Made by a program: the position numbers and the translations under genes. Of a stretch of DNA of 64,000 nt, positions 38,780-48,442 are shown one piece after another; position 1 is the first letter of the stretch; each line of letters begins with the position of its first letter. Origin of the DNA: Thermodesulfobacteriota bacterium (lineage in GTDB: Bacteria > Desulfobacterota > Desulfobulbia > Desulfobulbales > SURF-16); the NCBI GenBank assembly GCA_039715015.1, contig JBDLIE010000001.1:64001-128000 (forward strand), written 5' to 3'. The notes beneath the pieces were generated by a model. The model did not search any database. It was given only the letters and a program-made list of their open reading frames with translations, and had not been told where the DNA came from.

Positions 38780-38938
38780 TTAGCCGATACCAATACAGCT
38801 TAAACAGATTTGCCAGGCCTGTTCAAGAACACGGGAAGGCTCATCGTAAAAGACACCAATGCAAAATATAATAATAAAAAAACTGATTAAAAAAAGAGGG
38901 AGTTTGTCGACCGGTTGCTGGGGCTTTTTTTTTGCCAT
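38780..38938 (-). CDS. 52-aa CxxC membrane peptide (CD1871A-like); absent from the ORF track
   Basis: MAKKKPQQPVDKLPLFLISFFIIIFCIGVFYDEPSRVLEQAWQICLSCIGIG, directly upstream of the 4Fe-4S gene. Confidence 0.8.
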   Translation of the reverse strand: MAKKKPQQPVDKLPLFLISFFIIIFCIGVFYDEPSRVLEQAWQICLSCIGIG

Positions 38939-38946
38939 CTTGAAAT

Positions 38947-39261
38947 TTATTCTCCGTGGTTGCCCTGTAAGATCTTCTCAACGGCATCAATCTTGTCACC
39001 AATGCCGACTTTTTTATCACGGCGGTCATCAATAACTATTTGGGTGACCACCCTTACCGCTCCCTTGGTAAAGGGGATTTCATATATTTTTTCTATGATG
39101 GCCAGAAGTTCGGAAATGTTCCCTTCAATAACGGTTCCCATGTCATTTAGGCGGAAAGAGACCTTGGCTTTCTCCAGCTCTTTTTGGATCTCGGCGACAT
39201 AATTGCCGACACTGGCGGTCTCGGTGCCTAAAGGAATGGTGGTCAGTTGCAGCAGGGCCAT
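38947..39261 (-). CDS. MTH1187-family thiamine-binding protein
   Basis: IPLGT..SV..YVA, MGTVIEG, RV and IDDRRDK. Confidence 0.88.
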   Translation of the reverse strand: MALLQLTTIPLGTETASVGNYVAEIQKELEKAKVSFRLNDMGTVIEGNISELLAIIEKIYEIPFTKGAVRVVTQIVIDDRRDKKVGIGDKIDAVEKILQGNHGE

Positions 39262-39264
39262 ACT

Positions 39265-39630
39265 TTACTCGTTGTCAAAGGGGAATTCGTCCAGGGAGTC
39301 AGGGTCATCGCTGTTGTAATAAATAATATTTCGGAGATGGGTGTAGCTGTCCAGGTCAATCTCCGTGAAATGAATACCGATGCCGTCGTCTTCAAGGCGG
39401 ACCACCCTTCCCGCCATGGAAAGCGAGATATCATCGCTGGTCCCGGCAAGATGCAGGTCCAGGTCGCAGGTGTCGCCCTGGTCGCGATCTGAAATCCCGA
39501 GAACAAGCACACCCCTGGTGGATAGATTCTCAGTCTCGCAGTCGTTGTATTTTTGGCCGGCGAAGTCCAGGTCCACTGTGGCGTGAAAAGATACCCGGAC
39601 ATTGTCGCGGCGGTCATCGTGATCCGTCAT
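39265..39630 (-). CDS. Stand-alone PilZ domain protein
   Basis: RRDNVR, NLSTRG, GRVVR and GIHF. RBS AGGAG. Confidence 0.85.
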   Translation of the reverse strand: MTDHDDRRDNVRVSFHATVDLDFAGQKYNDCETENLSTRGVLVLGISDRDQGDTCDLDLHLAGTSDDISLSMAGRVVRLEDDGIGIHFTEIDLDSYTHLRNIIYYNSDDPDSLDEFPFDNE

Positions 39631-39740
39631 CTCTTTCTCCTGTGTTGAAACCTGGTACTTGCTAGACAATATTCTATTATAAAGAAAAGTCGCCCCACTA
39701 TTTAATGATCACTATATTAATCATAACCGACAAACACAAG

Positions 39741-40328
39741 TCACTCTCTGCTTTGGGGAGGGGGGAGGTGGGCCCAGGCGATATTTATCGCTGCAGAAAT
39801 TTTGCCCAGCAGCACTGCTGCCTGTTGGCCCTGCTCGGCAGTGAGAGCATCTTTTTTTTCAAGCAGGGCAGGAAGTTGGCCCGCATCTTCAGCAAGGGCG
39901 GTCAGCCTCTCCAGTAGTTTTGTCGTATTGATTGTTTGGTCGGCTGTTTTGAGTTCGTCTTGTGCTAAACTGATGTTGAGGCGAAGAAAACGCTTATATG
40001 CCCTGCTGGCAGTTTCTTTTTCTTTGGCCGGGTCATGTTCATCATCCTCATAGGCATTGACAATATGGGCCATGTCTTCTTTGAGAAAGTCCATGGCATC
40101 AGCCTGAGGATCGTCTTTTTCAAAATGGTTGATAGCACTGGATGCCATTCTCAGCAGGGCAAGGGGATGGGGGCGCCCATGGAAGTAGGAATTCAGTGCG
40201 GCAAAGGCTGCCTTCAGGCGGACAATCCGTTGGGGACTTAATTGCCAATCCGGGGCAATGATTTCAGCTCGTAATTGCTGGATGGCTTCATGGGTGGAAG
40301 AAGTATTGGAAGGTGACATATATATCAA
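39741..40328 (-). CDS. Hypothetical helical protein
   Basis: 195-aa ORF filling the gap, co-oriented with downstream genes. Confidence 0.65.
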   Translation of the reverse strand: MIYMSPSNTSSTHEAIQQLRAEIIAPDWQLSPQRIVRLKAAFAALNSYFHGRPHPLALLRMASSAINHFEKDDPQADAMDFLKEDMAHIVNAYEDDEHDPAKEKETASRAYKRFLRLNISLAQDELKTADQTINTTKLLERLTALAEDAGQLPALLEKKDALTAEQGQQAAVLLGKISAAINIAWAHLPPPQSRE

Positions 40329-40444
40329 TGCGAGGGCAAATAACGGATTAACAGCAAGGTGTAACTGCCTTTTTTTTCTAAAGATTTAGGGTGAAAAACA
40401 AGTTGTTTCTTGCCAGGTTGCCTGGCTCATCTTATCATGGTGCC

Positions 40445-41230
40445 ATGAATCCGCTTTTTTTTGAATTTTTTTCCTTTGTTTTCGGGGCCATTGTCGGCAG
40501 TTTTCTTAATGTCGTTATTCTCCGCCTTCCTGATCCTGAGGCCTCGGTGGTGTTTCCCGGCTCCCATTGTCCCAGCTGTAAGACCTCTCTGCACTGGTAC
40601 GAAAATATTCCCATTATCAGCTTTCTCTTTTTGCAAGGACGCTGCCGGACCTGTCAGGTAAAGATTTCCATCCAGTATCCCTTGGTGGAGCTGGCCATGG
40701 CCCTGCTTTCGTTTTTTTTGTTGCAGCGGTTCTTTATCTCTGTGGAATTTTTAATCTATTTTGTTTTTGCAGCCGCCCTGCTTGTCATTATCGTCATTGA
40801 TTTCTATCATCAGATTATACCGGACCGGATCAGCCTGCCCGGTATTGTTCTTGGTTTTGCGGCCTCTTTTTTGCTGCCTGGATTGGCCTGGCAGAGTTCT
40901 GCGCTGGGCATTCTTTTTGGTGGAGGCATTTTTTACGCCATTGCCATGGGCTATTACCTGGTCACTAAGCGCCATGGTATGGGGGGAGGCGATATAAAAC
41001 TGCTTGCCATGATCGGCGCCTTCCAGGGCTGGCAGGCCTTGCCCTTTGTTATTTTCTGCAGCTCCCTGCTTGGTACCATCGTTGGTCTCGGGGCCATGGT
41101 GAAGCAGAAAAAAGGAGGGCAAACCCGAATTCCTTACGGCCCTTTTCTTGCCATGGCCAGTCTCCTCTATCTCTTTTTTGATCACCGGATCATCCAGCTC
41201 ACCCACTGGTATCTGACCAGACCCCGTTAG
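40445..41230 (+). CDS. pilD: Type IV prepilin peptidase
   Basis: GSFLNVVI.RLP, SHCPSC, GRCRTC, GMGGGDIKL and IPYGPFL. Confidence 0.95.
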   Translation: MNPLFFEFFSFVFGAIVGSFLNVVILRLPDPEASVVFPGSHCPSCKTSLHWYENIPIISFLFLQGRCRTCQVKISIQYPLVELAMALLSFFLLQRFFISVEFLIYFVFAAALLVIIVIDFYHQIIPDRISLPGIVLGFAASFLLPGLAWQSSALGILFGGGIFYAIAMGYYLVTKRHGMGGGDIKLLAMIGAFQGWQALPFVIFCSSLLGTIVGLGAMVKQKKGGQTRIPYGPFLAMASLLYLFFDHRIIQLTHWYLTRPR

Positions 41231-41243
41231 GGAAATGAGGTAT

Positions 41244-41269
41244 AGGGCCAGGGCTCACTGGCCCTTTTT
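41244..41269 (+). terminator. Rho-independent terminator
   Basis: AGGGCCAG / CTGGCCCT stem followed by TTTT. Confidence 0.65.
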
Positions 41270-41370
41270 GTCGAGCTAGCCCCATTTGTTAAGAGTTGTA
41301 CTCCCATTGGCTGCTGTGATATTTTATATCTACATTTTCTCAATTCATTCAAACGGACAGGGTGCTATCT

Positions 41371-42366
41371 ATGTCTGAAAAAATGATTGATCTAGCCCTT
41401 GATCAAAGCAACAAGCGAGAAGCGGTCAGACAACTATATGAAATGATCGTTGACGCAGCTGACAGGCGAGATTTTGCCCTGGCTGAAAGGTTGCGCCACA
41501 GGCTTGTCGCCATTGATGATATGGCATTGACCGAGATAATCGGCTCGGCCGAGGTGATTGAAGCGGCAAAAACAGCGGCCATTGATCCCTCTTATAATGA
41601 GCAGTGGAAGGATTTACGTGCTGGCTTCAGTGAAGAGGAGAATAACGCCCTCTTTTTTGCCCTGAAAGAAACAAGCCTTAAGCCGGGCACAGCCTTTATC
41701 GAACAGGGTAAACTGAACAACCGGCTTTTTTTTATCATTCAAGGACGCGTCACCATCGTCTGCCGGCAGGGAGACAGGAAATTTCTGCTGCAGCACCTTG
41801 ATGCCGGCGATATCGCAGGGGAAGATACCTTTTTCGGGATTTCCATCGCTACCGCCTCAGCTGTGTGCCAAAGCCCGGTAACAGTCAAATATTTGGAAAG
41901 AAAGAGCATGGAAGGGTGGCAAGAGTCATTGCCCAGTCTTGAGGAAAAGCTGCGGAGCTATTGTCGAACGCACTGCAGCCTAGACCATGCCCAGGCCGTT
42001 AAAAAAATTGAACGCCGGCAGAACAAACGTTACCCCATTGAAAAGGTGCTTAACGCTCAACTTCAGAATCTTAAGGGCCAGGATATCGGGGTCTCTTTTC
42101 GAGGTGTTCTTGATGATGTTTCCAAGGGCGGCGTCTGTTTTTTTATAAAAACACCTCGCCAGAGTACGGCCAGAATGCTGTTGGGGCGGCCAGTTTGTCT
42201 AACCCTTTCTTTGGGCAAGGCTGAGTTGAGCCTCCATGGTCTTATTGTCAGCGCTAAATATCATCTTCATAATGATTACACCGTTCATGTAAAGCTCACC
42301 AGCAGCGATGGTCCACTCTTTAAACAGCTTCTGGCTAAGCTGGAGGCTCAGGATGCAGAGCATTAA
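41371..42366 (+). CDS. cNMP-binding + PilZ domain protein
   Basis: FIEQG..LFFIIQG and GDIAGE; ERRQNKR and DVSKGG. Confidence 0.82.
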   Translation: MSEKMIDLALDQSNKREAVRQLYEMIVDAADRRDFALAERLRHRLVAIDDMALTEIIGSAEVIEAAKTAAIDPSYNEQWKDLRAGFSEEENNALFFALKETSLKPGTAFIEQGKLNNRLFFIIQGRVTIVCRQGDRKFLLQHLDAGDIAGEDTFFGISIATASAVCQSPVTVKYLERKSMEGWQESLPSLEEKLRSYCRTHCSLDHAQAVKKIERRQNKRYPIEKVLNAQLQNLKGQDIGVSFRGVLDDVSKGGVCFFIKTPRQSTARMLLGRPVCLTLSLGKAELSLHGLIVSAKYHLHNDYTVHVKLTSSDGPLFKQLLAKLEAQDAEH

Positions 42367-42571
42367 AATAAAAAAAATGGTGAGCCTTTTTTCTGCCTGA
42401 GTTCCCTCCTAGATTCCAATTGTTATAAGAAAAACAGTAATAATTATCCCTAGATAAGAATAATTGCCGCTTGACAAATAGAGCCAATTTATTCGATTCT
42501 TCTTGACAGCAGTTCTGCCTTAGGATTAAAGAGTACTTTAAAATAATAACTATTATCAAAAAGTAACTGAA

Positions 42572-42799
42572 ATGATCCTCAATATTTATTCCTTTTATCG
42601 TGATGGCTTCCGCAGGATGCGGGTGGGTAAGAAACTGTGGGCCATTATATTCTTGAAGCTTTTCATTATGTTCGCCGTTTTGAAGGCGTTCTTTTTTCCA
42701 AATTTTCTAAATACGAATTTTAAAACAGATCATGAACGTGCCGGCCATGTGTTGGGCAACTTCACACAACCAAAAACAATGGGAGAAAATAATGATTGA
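42572..42799 (+). CDS. DUF4492 membrane protein
   Basis: FYRDGFRRM..GKKLW.II..KLFIMFAVLK.FFFPNFL, directly before cydA. Confidence 0.85.
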   Translation: MILNIYSFYRDGFRRMRVGKKLWAIIFLKLFIMFAVLKAFFFPNFLNTNFKTDHERAGHVLGNFTQPKTMGENND

Positions 42800-44327
42800 A
42801 CAAGTTGATCTGTCGCAGGTGAATTGGGCTCGTGCTCAGTTTGCCTTGACGGCGATGTATCATTGGATATTTGTACCGCTTACCTTGGGTCTTTCTTTCC
42901 TGGTGGCCTTTTTTGAGTCTATCTATGTCAAAACAGGCAACGAGGAGTGGAAGAGGCTTACCAAATTCTGGATGACCCTTTTTGGTATCAATTTTGCCAT
43001 TGGTGTGGCCACCGGTATTATTCTGGAGTTTGAGTTCGGCACCAACTGGTCCAACTACTCCTGGATGGTGGGCGATATTTTTGGCGCGCCCTTGGCAATT
43101 GAGGGTATTTTTGCCTTCTTTCTTGAGGTCACCTTTTTTGCCGTGATGTTTTTCGGCTGGGACAGGGTGTCCAAAAAATTTCACCTTTTTTCCACCTGGA
43201 TGGTGGCCGCTGGCTCCAACCTTTCCGCTGTCTGGATTCTGGTGGCAAACGGCTGGATGCAATTCCCCATCGGTATGGACTTTAATCCTGAAACGGCACG
43301 TTTTGAGATGGAGAACTTTTGGGAGGTGATCTTGTCGCCAGTGGCCGTCTCCAAATTTACCCATGCCACAAGCTCTGCTTTTTTGCTTGCCTCCCTCTTT
43401 GTCCTAGGGATTTCCTCCTGGTATCTCCTGAAGGGACGCCATCAGCTCATGGCTAAACGCTCCATCGCTGTTGCGGCGGTGTTCGGCTTTTTGTCAGCCA
43501 GCTATTGCGGCATCACGGGTGATGAGGCAGCCTATTCAGTGTCCCAGAGGCAGCCCATGAAGCTGGCTGCCATGGAAGGTCTTTATGAAGGGGAGACCAA
43601 TGCCGGTGCTGTTGTTCTTGGCGTCATTAATTCCGCCAAGCAGCCCGGTGATGAACAGAAGGATTTTATCTTTGCAGTCAAGGTTCCCGTGGTGCTTTCT
43701 CTCCTTGCCAACCGTGAGTTTGGCTCCTTTGTTCCAGGTATTAATGATCTTGTCTTTGGTAATAAAGAGCAGAATATTACCAGCGTTGGCACCAGAATGG
43801 AGCGTGGCCGCCAGGCCATCGAGTACCTGGCCGCCTTTAAGGAGGCCAATGATAACAATAATGAGGCAGCTTCGAAGGTGGCACTCCAGCAGTTTAACAT
43901 ATATAAAGACGATATGGGCTATGGCCACCTGGCAAAGCCTTCGGATGCCACACCGCCTGTGGCCACCACCTTTTACGCCTTTCATATCATGGTCGCCCTT
44001 GGCACCCTGTTTCCCCTTGTATTTTTGGCGGCCCTTTATTTTCTGTATAAGGGTAACCTGGAGAAACAGCGTTTGTTTCAGCTCCTGGCTGTCCTTTGTG
44101 TGCCGCTGGGCTATATCGCCCAACAGGCGGGCTGGGTCGTTGCAGAGGTGGGAAGGCAGCCTTGGGCCATTCAGGGTCTTCTGCCTGTCCATGTTGCCAA
44201 TACCAACCTGACAACCGGAACTGTTCAGACGACCTTTTTTATTTTCCTTGGTCTCTTTACCATGCTTCTTATTGCGGAAATAAAGATTATGATCACGCAG
44301 ATTCAGCTCGGACCGGAGGAGAAATAA
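42792..44327 (+). CDS. cydA: Cytochrome bd ubiquinol oxidase subunit I (long Q-loop)
   Basis: TAMYHWIFVPLTLG, EFEFGTNWS, QPMKLAAMEG and EVGRQPW. Confidence 0.97.
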   Translation: MIEQVDLSQVNWARAQFALTAMYHWIFVPLTLGLSFLVAFFESIYVKTGNEEWKRLTKFWMTLFGINFAIGVATGIILEFEFGTNWSNYSWMVGDIFGAPLAIEGIFAFFLEVTFFAVMFFGWDRVSKKFHLFSTWMVAAGSNLSAVWILVANGWMQFPIGMDFNPETARFEMENFWEVILSPVAVSKFTHATSSAFLLASLFVLGISSWYLLKGRHQLMAKRSIAVAAVFGFLSASYCGITGDEAAYSVSQRQPMKLAAMEGLYEGETNAGAVVLGVINSAKQPGDEQKDFIFAVKVPVVLSLLANREFGSFVPGINDLVFGNKEQNITSVGTRMERGRQAIEYLAAFKEANDNNNEAASKVALQQFNIYKDDMGYGHLAKPSDATPPVATTFYAFHIMVALGTLFPLVFLAALYFLYKGNLEKQRLFQLLAVLCVPLGYIAQQAGWVVAEVGRQPWAIQGLLPVHVANTNLTTGTVQTTFFIFLGLFTMLLIAEIKIMITQIQLGPEEK

Positions 44328-44328
44328 G

Positions 44329-45468
44329 ATGATTGGAAATTTAGACTACTCAACCCTGCAGCAACTCTGGTGGCTCATCACCTCTGTTGTCGGTTCTCTC
44401 TTTGTCTTTCTTCTCTTTGTTCAGGGCGGCCAGAGCATGATTTTTACCCTGGTCCATAACGATGAAGAAAAGGCCTTGATGGTTAACTCCCTGGGCCGCA
44501 AGTGGAAGATGACCTTCACGACCTTGGTACTTTTTGGCGGCGCCCTCTTTGCCGCCTTTCCGAAATTCTATGCCACAAGCTTTGGTGGCGCCTATTGGGT
44601 ATGGATGGCTATCCTTTTTACCTTTATTGTCCAGGCCGTGGCCTATGACTACCGTAAAAAACCCGGTAATTTTTTAGGCTCCTGGGCTTATGAATTCTTC
44701 CTCTTTGTCAATGGCACGGTGGGGGTGCTCCTCATTGGTGCAGCGGTGGGAACTTTTTTTACCGGTTCCGCCTTTGCCCTCAATGAGTATAACCAGGTGA
44801 CTTGGCAGACCTCGACCCGCGGCCTTGAGGCAGCTACCAATCTGTTTAACCTGGCCTTTGGTTTTTTTCTGATCTTTCTGGCTCGCACCTTGGGTGGCAT
44901 GTACCTCTTGAACAATATTGTCCATGACGCCTTAAACGCACGCTGCCGCCGCTCTGTGCTGATCAATTTTTTGTGGACGCTTCCCTTCCTCTTTTTTGTG
45001 CTGATCAGTCTGGTCACTATGGATGGTTATGCAGTAAACCCCGAGACCATGGAAGTTTTCGTGGAAAAGGGTAAGTATCTGCATAACCTGCTTGCCATGC
45101 CTTTATTGCTTGTATTTCTTGTGGCCGGTCTTGGACTGGTGATTTACGGTGTTTTTGTAACCTCTTTTAAGGAGTGCAATTGCGGTATTTGGTTTGCCGG
45201 TTTGGGAACGGTACTCACCGCCCTGGTGATCTTTTTAATAGCCGCATATAACAATACGTCGTTTTATCCCTCTTCCGCGGACCTGCAGTCAAGCTTGACC
45301 ATCTATAACGCCTCTAGCAGCAAGTATACCCTGACGGCAATGACCTATGTTGCTCTGGGTATTCCGCTTGTCCTGGCCTATGTGGCCTACGTTTGGCGGC
45401 TTATGGATAGTAAGAAGCTGACCTCTGAAGAGTTGACCGAGGGCGAAAACGCCCATGACATGTATTAA
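44329..45468 (+). CDS. cydB: Cytochrome bd oxidase subunit II
   Basis: GGALFAAFP, SLTIYNASSS.YTL and Y..YVW. Follows cydA. Confidence 0.95.
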   Translation: MIGNLDYSTLQQLWWLITSVVGSLFVFLLFVQGGQSMIFTLVHNDEEKALMVNSLGRKWKMTFTTLVLFGGALFAAFPKFYATSFGGAYWVWMAILFTFIVQAVAYDYRKKPGNFLGSWAYEFFLFVNGTVGVLLIGAAVGTFFTGSAFALNEYNQVTWQTSTRGLEAATNLFNLAFGFFLIFLARTLGGMYLLNNIVHDALNARCRRSVLINFLWTLPFLFFVLISLVTMDGYAVNPETMEVFVEKGKYLHNLLAMPLLLVFLVAGLGLVIYGVFVTSFKECNCGIWFAGLGTVLTALVIFLIAAYNNTSFYPSSADLQSSLTIYNASSSKYTLTAMTYVALGIPLVLAYVAYVWRLMDSKKLTSEELTEGENAHDMY

Positions 45469-45480
45469 GGAGATGCGATT

Positions 45481-45579
45481 ATGATGATGAATACAATTCT
45501 TTTAATTAGTTGGGTGGCCCTGCTGGTTGTTTCCCTGCAAGGCTCGAAAGCTGCACTGAAGAAGTTTGATTTGCTGTAA
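45481..45579 (+). CDS. 32-aa single-TM peptide, candidate small cytochrome bd subunit; absent from the ORF track
   Basis: AGGAG RBS overlaps the cydB stop. MMMNTILLISWVALLVVSLQGSKAALKKFDLL lies before the operon terminator. Confidence 0.7.
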   Translation: MMMNTILLISWVALLVVSLQGSKAALKKFDLL

Positions 45580-45603
45580 GTTGTTCTTTTGCTGTGCTTT
45601 GCC

Positions 45604-45640
45604 AAGCCCCTGCCGGTTTCCCGGCAGGGGCTTTTTCTTT
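45604..45640 (+). terminator. Rho-independent terminator of the cyd operon
   Basis: AAGCCCCTGCCGG / CCGGCAGGGGCTT stem followed by a T run. Confidence 0.9.
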
Positions 45641-45908
45641 GCGGTGGGGATGGGGCCGGATATGGCCCGGGAAAAAGAACGTAGATAGAGGCGGGCAGTC
45701 ATGCCATGTCGTGAAAACAGGCTGAAATTTTTCTAGACACTTGCGCTCTGATATGTTCTATATGCCTCTTTGGAGCTACCGTCAGCGGGAAGGCAGACCA
45801 AATTTTCGTCAACAGCTTGTTTGTTTTTGCTGTTATCTGCCTGATGTCCCCGCTTTTTTTAATAGTTGCCAGTTTGCTTTCTGGCCCATGTACCATGAGG
45901 AAATAACA

Positions 45909-46052
45909 ATGAGTAAGCGTACTTTTCAACCATCTAATTTGAAGCGGGCCCGTACCCATGGATTTCGTCTGAGAATGAGAACCAAGGCTGGCCGTGCCAT
46001 CATTAACGCCCGTCGTGCCAAAGGACGTAAGCGTCTTTCCGCTTCCCACTAA
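45909..46052 (+). CDS. rpmH: 50S ribosomal protein L34
   Basis: KRTFQPS..KR.RTHGFR.RM.TK.GR. Confidence 0.97.
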   Translation: MSKRTFQPSNLKRARTHGFRLRMRTKAGRAIINARRAKGRKRLSASH

Positions 46053-46103
46053 GGACCATTCTTGAGGGGTGGCCAGTTGCAAGGTTGACCCTGGTATGCC
46101 GCC

Positions 46104-46463
46104 ATGGGCTTTACGCTGCCGAAAACTGCCCTCCTCAGAAAGCCTGAACAGTACAGTGTCGTATATCGACAGGGAAAAAGGTTGCGGGGAGCTCATTTTA
46201 GCCTGATTTTTATAGAAAATGATAAGGGCTTTAACCGGCTTGGTATAAGTGTCCATGGTGTGAAAAAGGCGGTTCTTCGAAACCGTATGAAGCGAATTAT
46301 CCGGGAATTCTTTCGACTTAACCGAGATTTCTTGCCACCCTCCAAGGACATAGTCTTTGCCGTTCGCAAAGAGTGCACATTCAAAAATCCCCACGAGGTC
46401 GCCACAGCCGTTAGTAATGTGGTGAACACCTCTTCTCACAATGACAAACGGAGAAAGCGGTGA
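46104..46463 (+). CDS. rnpA: RNase P protein component
   Basis: RLGISV and [16 protein letters not shown]. Confidence 0.95.
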   Translation: MGFTLPKTALLRKPEQYSVVYRQGKRLRGAHFSLIFIENDKGFNRLGISVHGVKKAVLRNRMKRIIREFFRLNRDFLPPSKDIVFAVRKECTFKNPHEVATAVSNVVNTSSHNDKRRKR

Positions 46464-46669
46464 AGAAAATCTTCCTGGGGATAATCCGGTTTTATCAAGC
46501 AGTCATTTCTCCTCTTTTTCCGCCCACCTGTCGTTTTATCCCAAGCTGTTCTCAGTATGCTGTTCAGGCCATTGAACAGTACGGCGCATTCCGGGGCCTT
46601 TTTTTGGCCCTTCGCCGTATTCTGCGCTGCCACCCGTTTTGTAAAGGTGGCTATGACCCTGTTAACTAA
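46460..46669 (+). CDS. yidD: Membrane protein insertion efficiency factor
   Basis: [10 protein letters not shown] and [14 protein letters not shown]. Confidence 0.95.
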   Translation: MKKIFLGIIRFYQAVISPLFPPTCRFIPSCSQYAVQAIEQYGAFRGLFLALRRILRCHPFCKGGYDPVN

Positions 46670-46716
46670 CGGGTTGACATTTTCGAGCACCGCAAAGGGT
46701 GCAAAGGACCTGTGTC

Positions 46717-48375
46717 ATGGACAATCAAAGAGTATTGTTGGCAATTGTTTTATCCCTCGCCATCCTCCTCGGTTATAATTATTTCTTTATTCCGCGCCCT
46801 GTGCCGCCAACCGGCCTGCAGGAAGCAGGAACCGAAACCGTACAAGTCCCGGCCAGCTCCGTTGCTGTCGAAACGACAAGCACCTTAAGCCAGGCCCCGC
46901 TCACAGCCCCCCCTGCTGTCGTAACCCCCAGCCGTGAAGGCCGGGATATCCTGGTGGAGACCAGCCTTTACCAGGCCGTGATCTCAGAAAACGGTGGTGG
47001 TGTAAAGAGTTTCAAGCTGAAAAATTACAACGAGCAGCTTGATCCTGCCAGCGGCCTCAAGGAACTCAATAAGCAGGAGAAGTTCAACGAATTACCCCTC
47101 TATTTTTCCTGGGGTAATGAGCCTGCCTCATCTCCGGTGCCGGTCTATGAAGCTGATAAAACCCAACTTGTCCTTGGTGACGGCGAGAGCGCAACACTGA
47201 CCATGCGTACCACGCTGCCTTCCGGGTTGGTCATGGCTCGGGCCATGACCTTTCGCAATGACTCCTATGAAATCGGCCTTGATATCTCTGTTTTAAATAG
47301 CTCCCCGCAACACCAGGTTCAGGGGGCCGGCTATCTGCGCCTCGTTAATGAGCCCTTTGGCAAAAATGATAACGAACGTTTTGTTTTTACTGGCCCGGCT
47401 CTTTTCCAAAATGATGCCCTTGAAGAAATTAAGGTGGATGACCTGGAAGACGGTCCTCAGGAACGCAGCGGTAACCTTGAGTGGGTTGCCTATGAAGGCA
47501 TCTATTTTATGACGGCAGTTATTCCGGTTGGTGGGAGCCACACTGTCCGTTTTAAGCGCCTTGCTGACCGTAAGGTCTCCACAACCCTTAATGCCGGGGT
47601 AGTGGCCATTACGCCTGGTGCTGATAAAACATATAGCTACAAGGTCTTTTTTGGTCCCAAGAAGCTAAAAATACTCAAGGAAGATATCGGCCATAATCTC
47701 AATAAGGCGGTTAACTTCGGCTGGTTTGATGTTCTGGCCAAGCCCATGCTCTTTCTGCTCAATTTTCTCGATGGCTATGTTCATAACTACGGCATCGGCA
47801 TTATTCTCGTGACCGTGATTATCAAGCTTCTCTTCTGGCCCATCTCCTTTAAGGGCATGAAGTCCATGAAGACCATGCAGAAGCTGCAGCCCAAAATGAC
47901 CCAGATTCGTGAGAAGTACGGCGATGACCGGGACCGGGTCAACAGGGAGATGATGCAGCTCTACAAGACCTACAAGGTCAGTCCCCTGGGTGGCTGTATG
48001 CCCATGCTTCTGCAGATTCCGGTCTTTTTTGCCCTCTATCGGCTGTTGATGCAGACCATTGAGCTTCGGCATGCCCCATTTTTCGGTTGGATAACCGATC
48101 TTTCGGCACCTGATCGGCTTCCCATCGGCATTGATATTCCCTATCTCGGTGGAATTCCGGTGCTGACCCTGTTCATGGGGGCCTCCATGTTCCTCCAACA
48201 AAAAATGACCCCAGCCCAGGGTGATCCGGCCATGGCCCGGATGATGATGTTTCTGCCGGTGATTTTCACCTTCATGTTTATCAATTTTGCCTCTGGCCTG
48301 GTTCTCTACTGGTTTGTTAACAACTTACTGTCCATTGCCCAGCAGTACGCAATCAATAAGGCCCCTGATATTTAA
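46717..48375 (+). CDS. yidC: Membrane protein insertase
   Basis: FGWF, GGCMPMLLQIPVFFALY, WITDLSAPD and GLVLYWFVNN. Confidence 0.97.
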   Translation: MDNQRVLLAIVLSLAILLGYNYFFIPRPVPPTGLQEAGTETVQVPASSVAVETTSTLSQAPLTAPPAVVTPSREGRDILVETSLYQAVISENGGGVKSFKLKNYNEQLDPASGLKELNKQEKFNELPLYFSWGNEPASSPVPVYEADKTQLVLGDGESATLTMRTTLPSGLVMARAMTFRNDSYEIGLDISVLNSSPQHQVQGAGYLRLVNEPFGKNDNERFVFTGPALFQNDALEEIKVDDLEDGPQERSGNLEWVAYEGIYFMTAVIPVGGSHTVRFKRLADRKVSTTLNAGVVAITPGADKTYSYKVFFGPKKLKILKEDIGHNLNKAVNFGWFDVLAKPMLFLLNFLDGYVHNYGIGIILVTVIIKLLFWPISFKGMKSMKTMQKLQPKMTQIREKYGDDRDRVNREMMQLYKTYKVSPLGGCMPMLLQIPVFFALYRLLMQTIELRHAPFFGWITDLSAPDRLPIGIDIPYLGGIPVLTLFMGASMFLQQKMTPAQGDPAMARMMMFLPVIFTFMFINFASGLVLYWFVNNLLSIAQQYAINKAPDI

Positions 48376-48442
48376 GGAAAGGCTGGTAGGGTACTGTTGA
48401 TTGGATTAGGTTTTAATGATCCTGTGATATCAAGGAGATAAA

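Noticed and set aside
42471..42560. Two TTGACA hexamers and a TAAAG-N4-CTTTA palindrome upstream of the cyd operon
   Set aside because: No well-spaced -10 box, and the palindrome is too short to assign to a regulator.
45641..45908. oriC upstream of rpmH; 103-aa version of rpmH
   Set aside because: No DnaA boxes or dnaA. L34 starts at ATG 45909 after GAGG.
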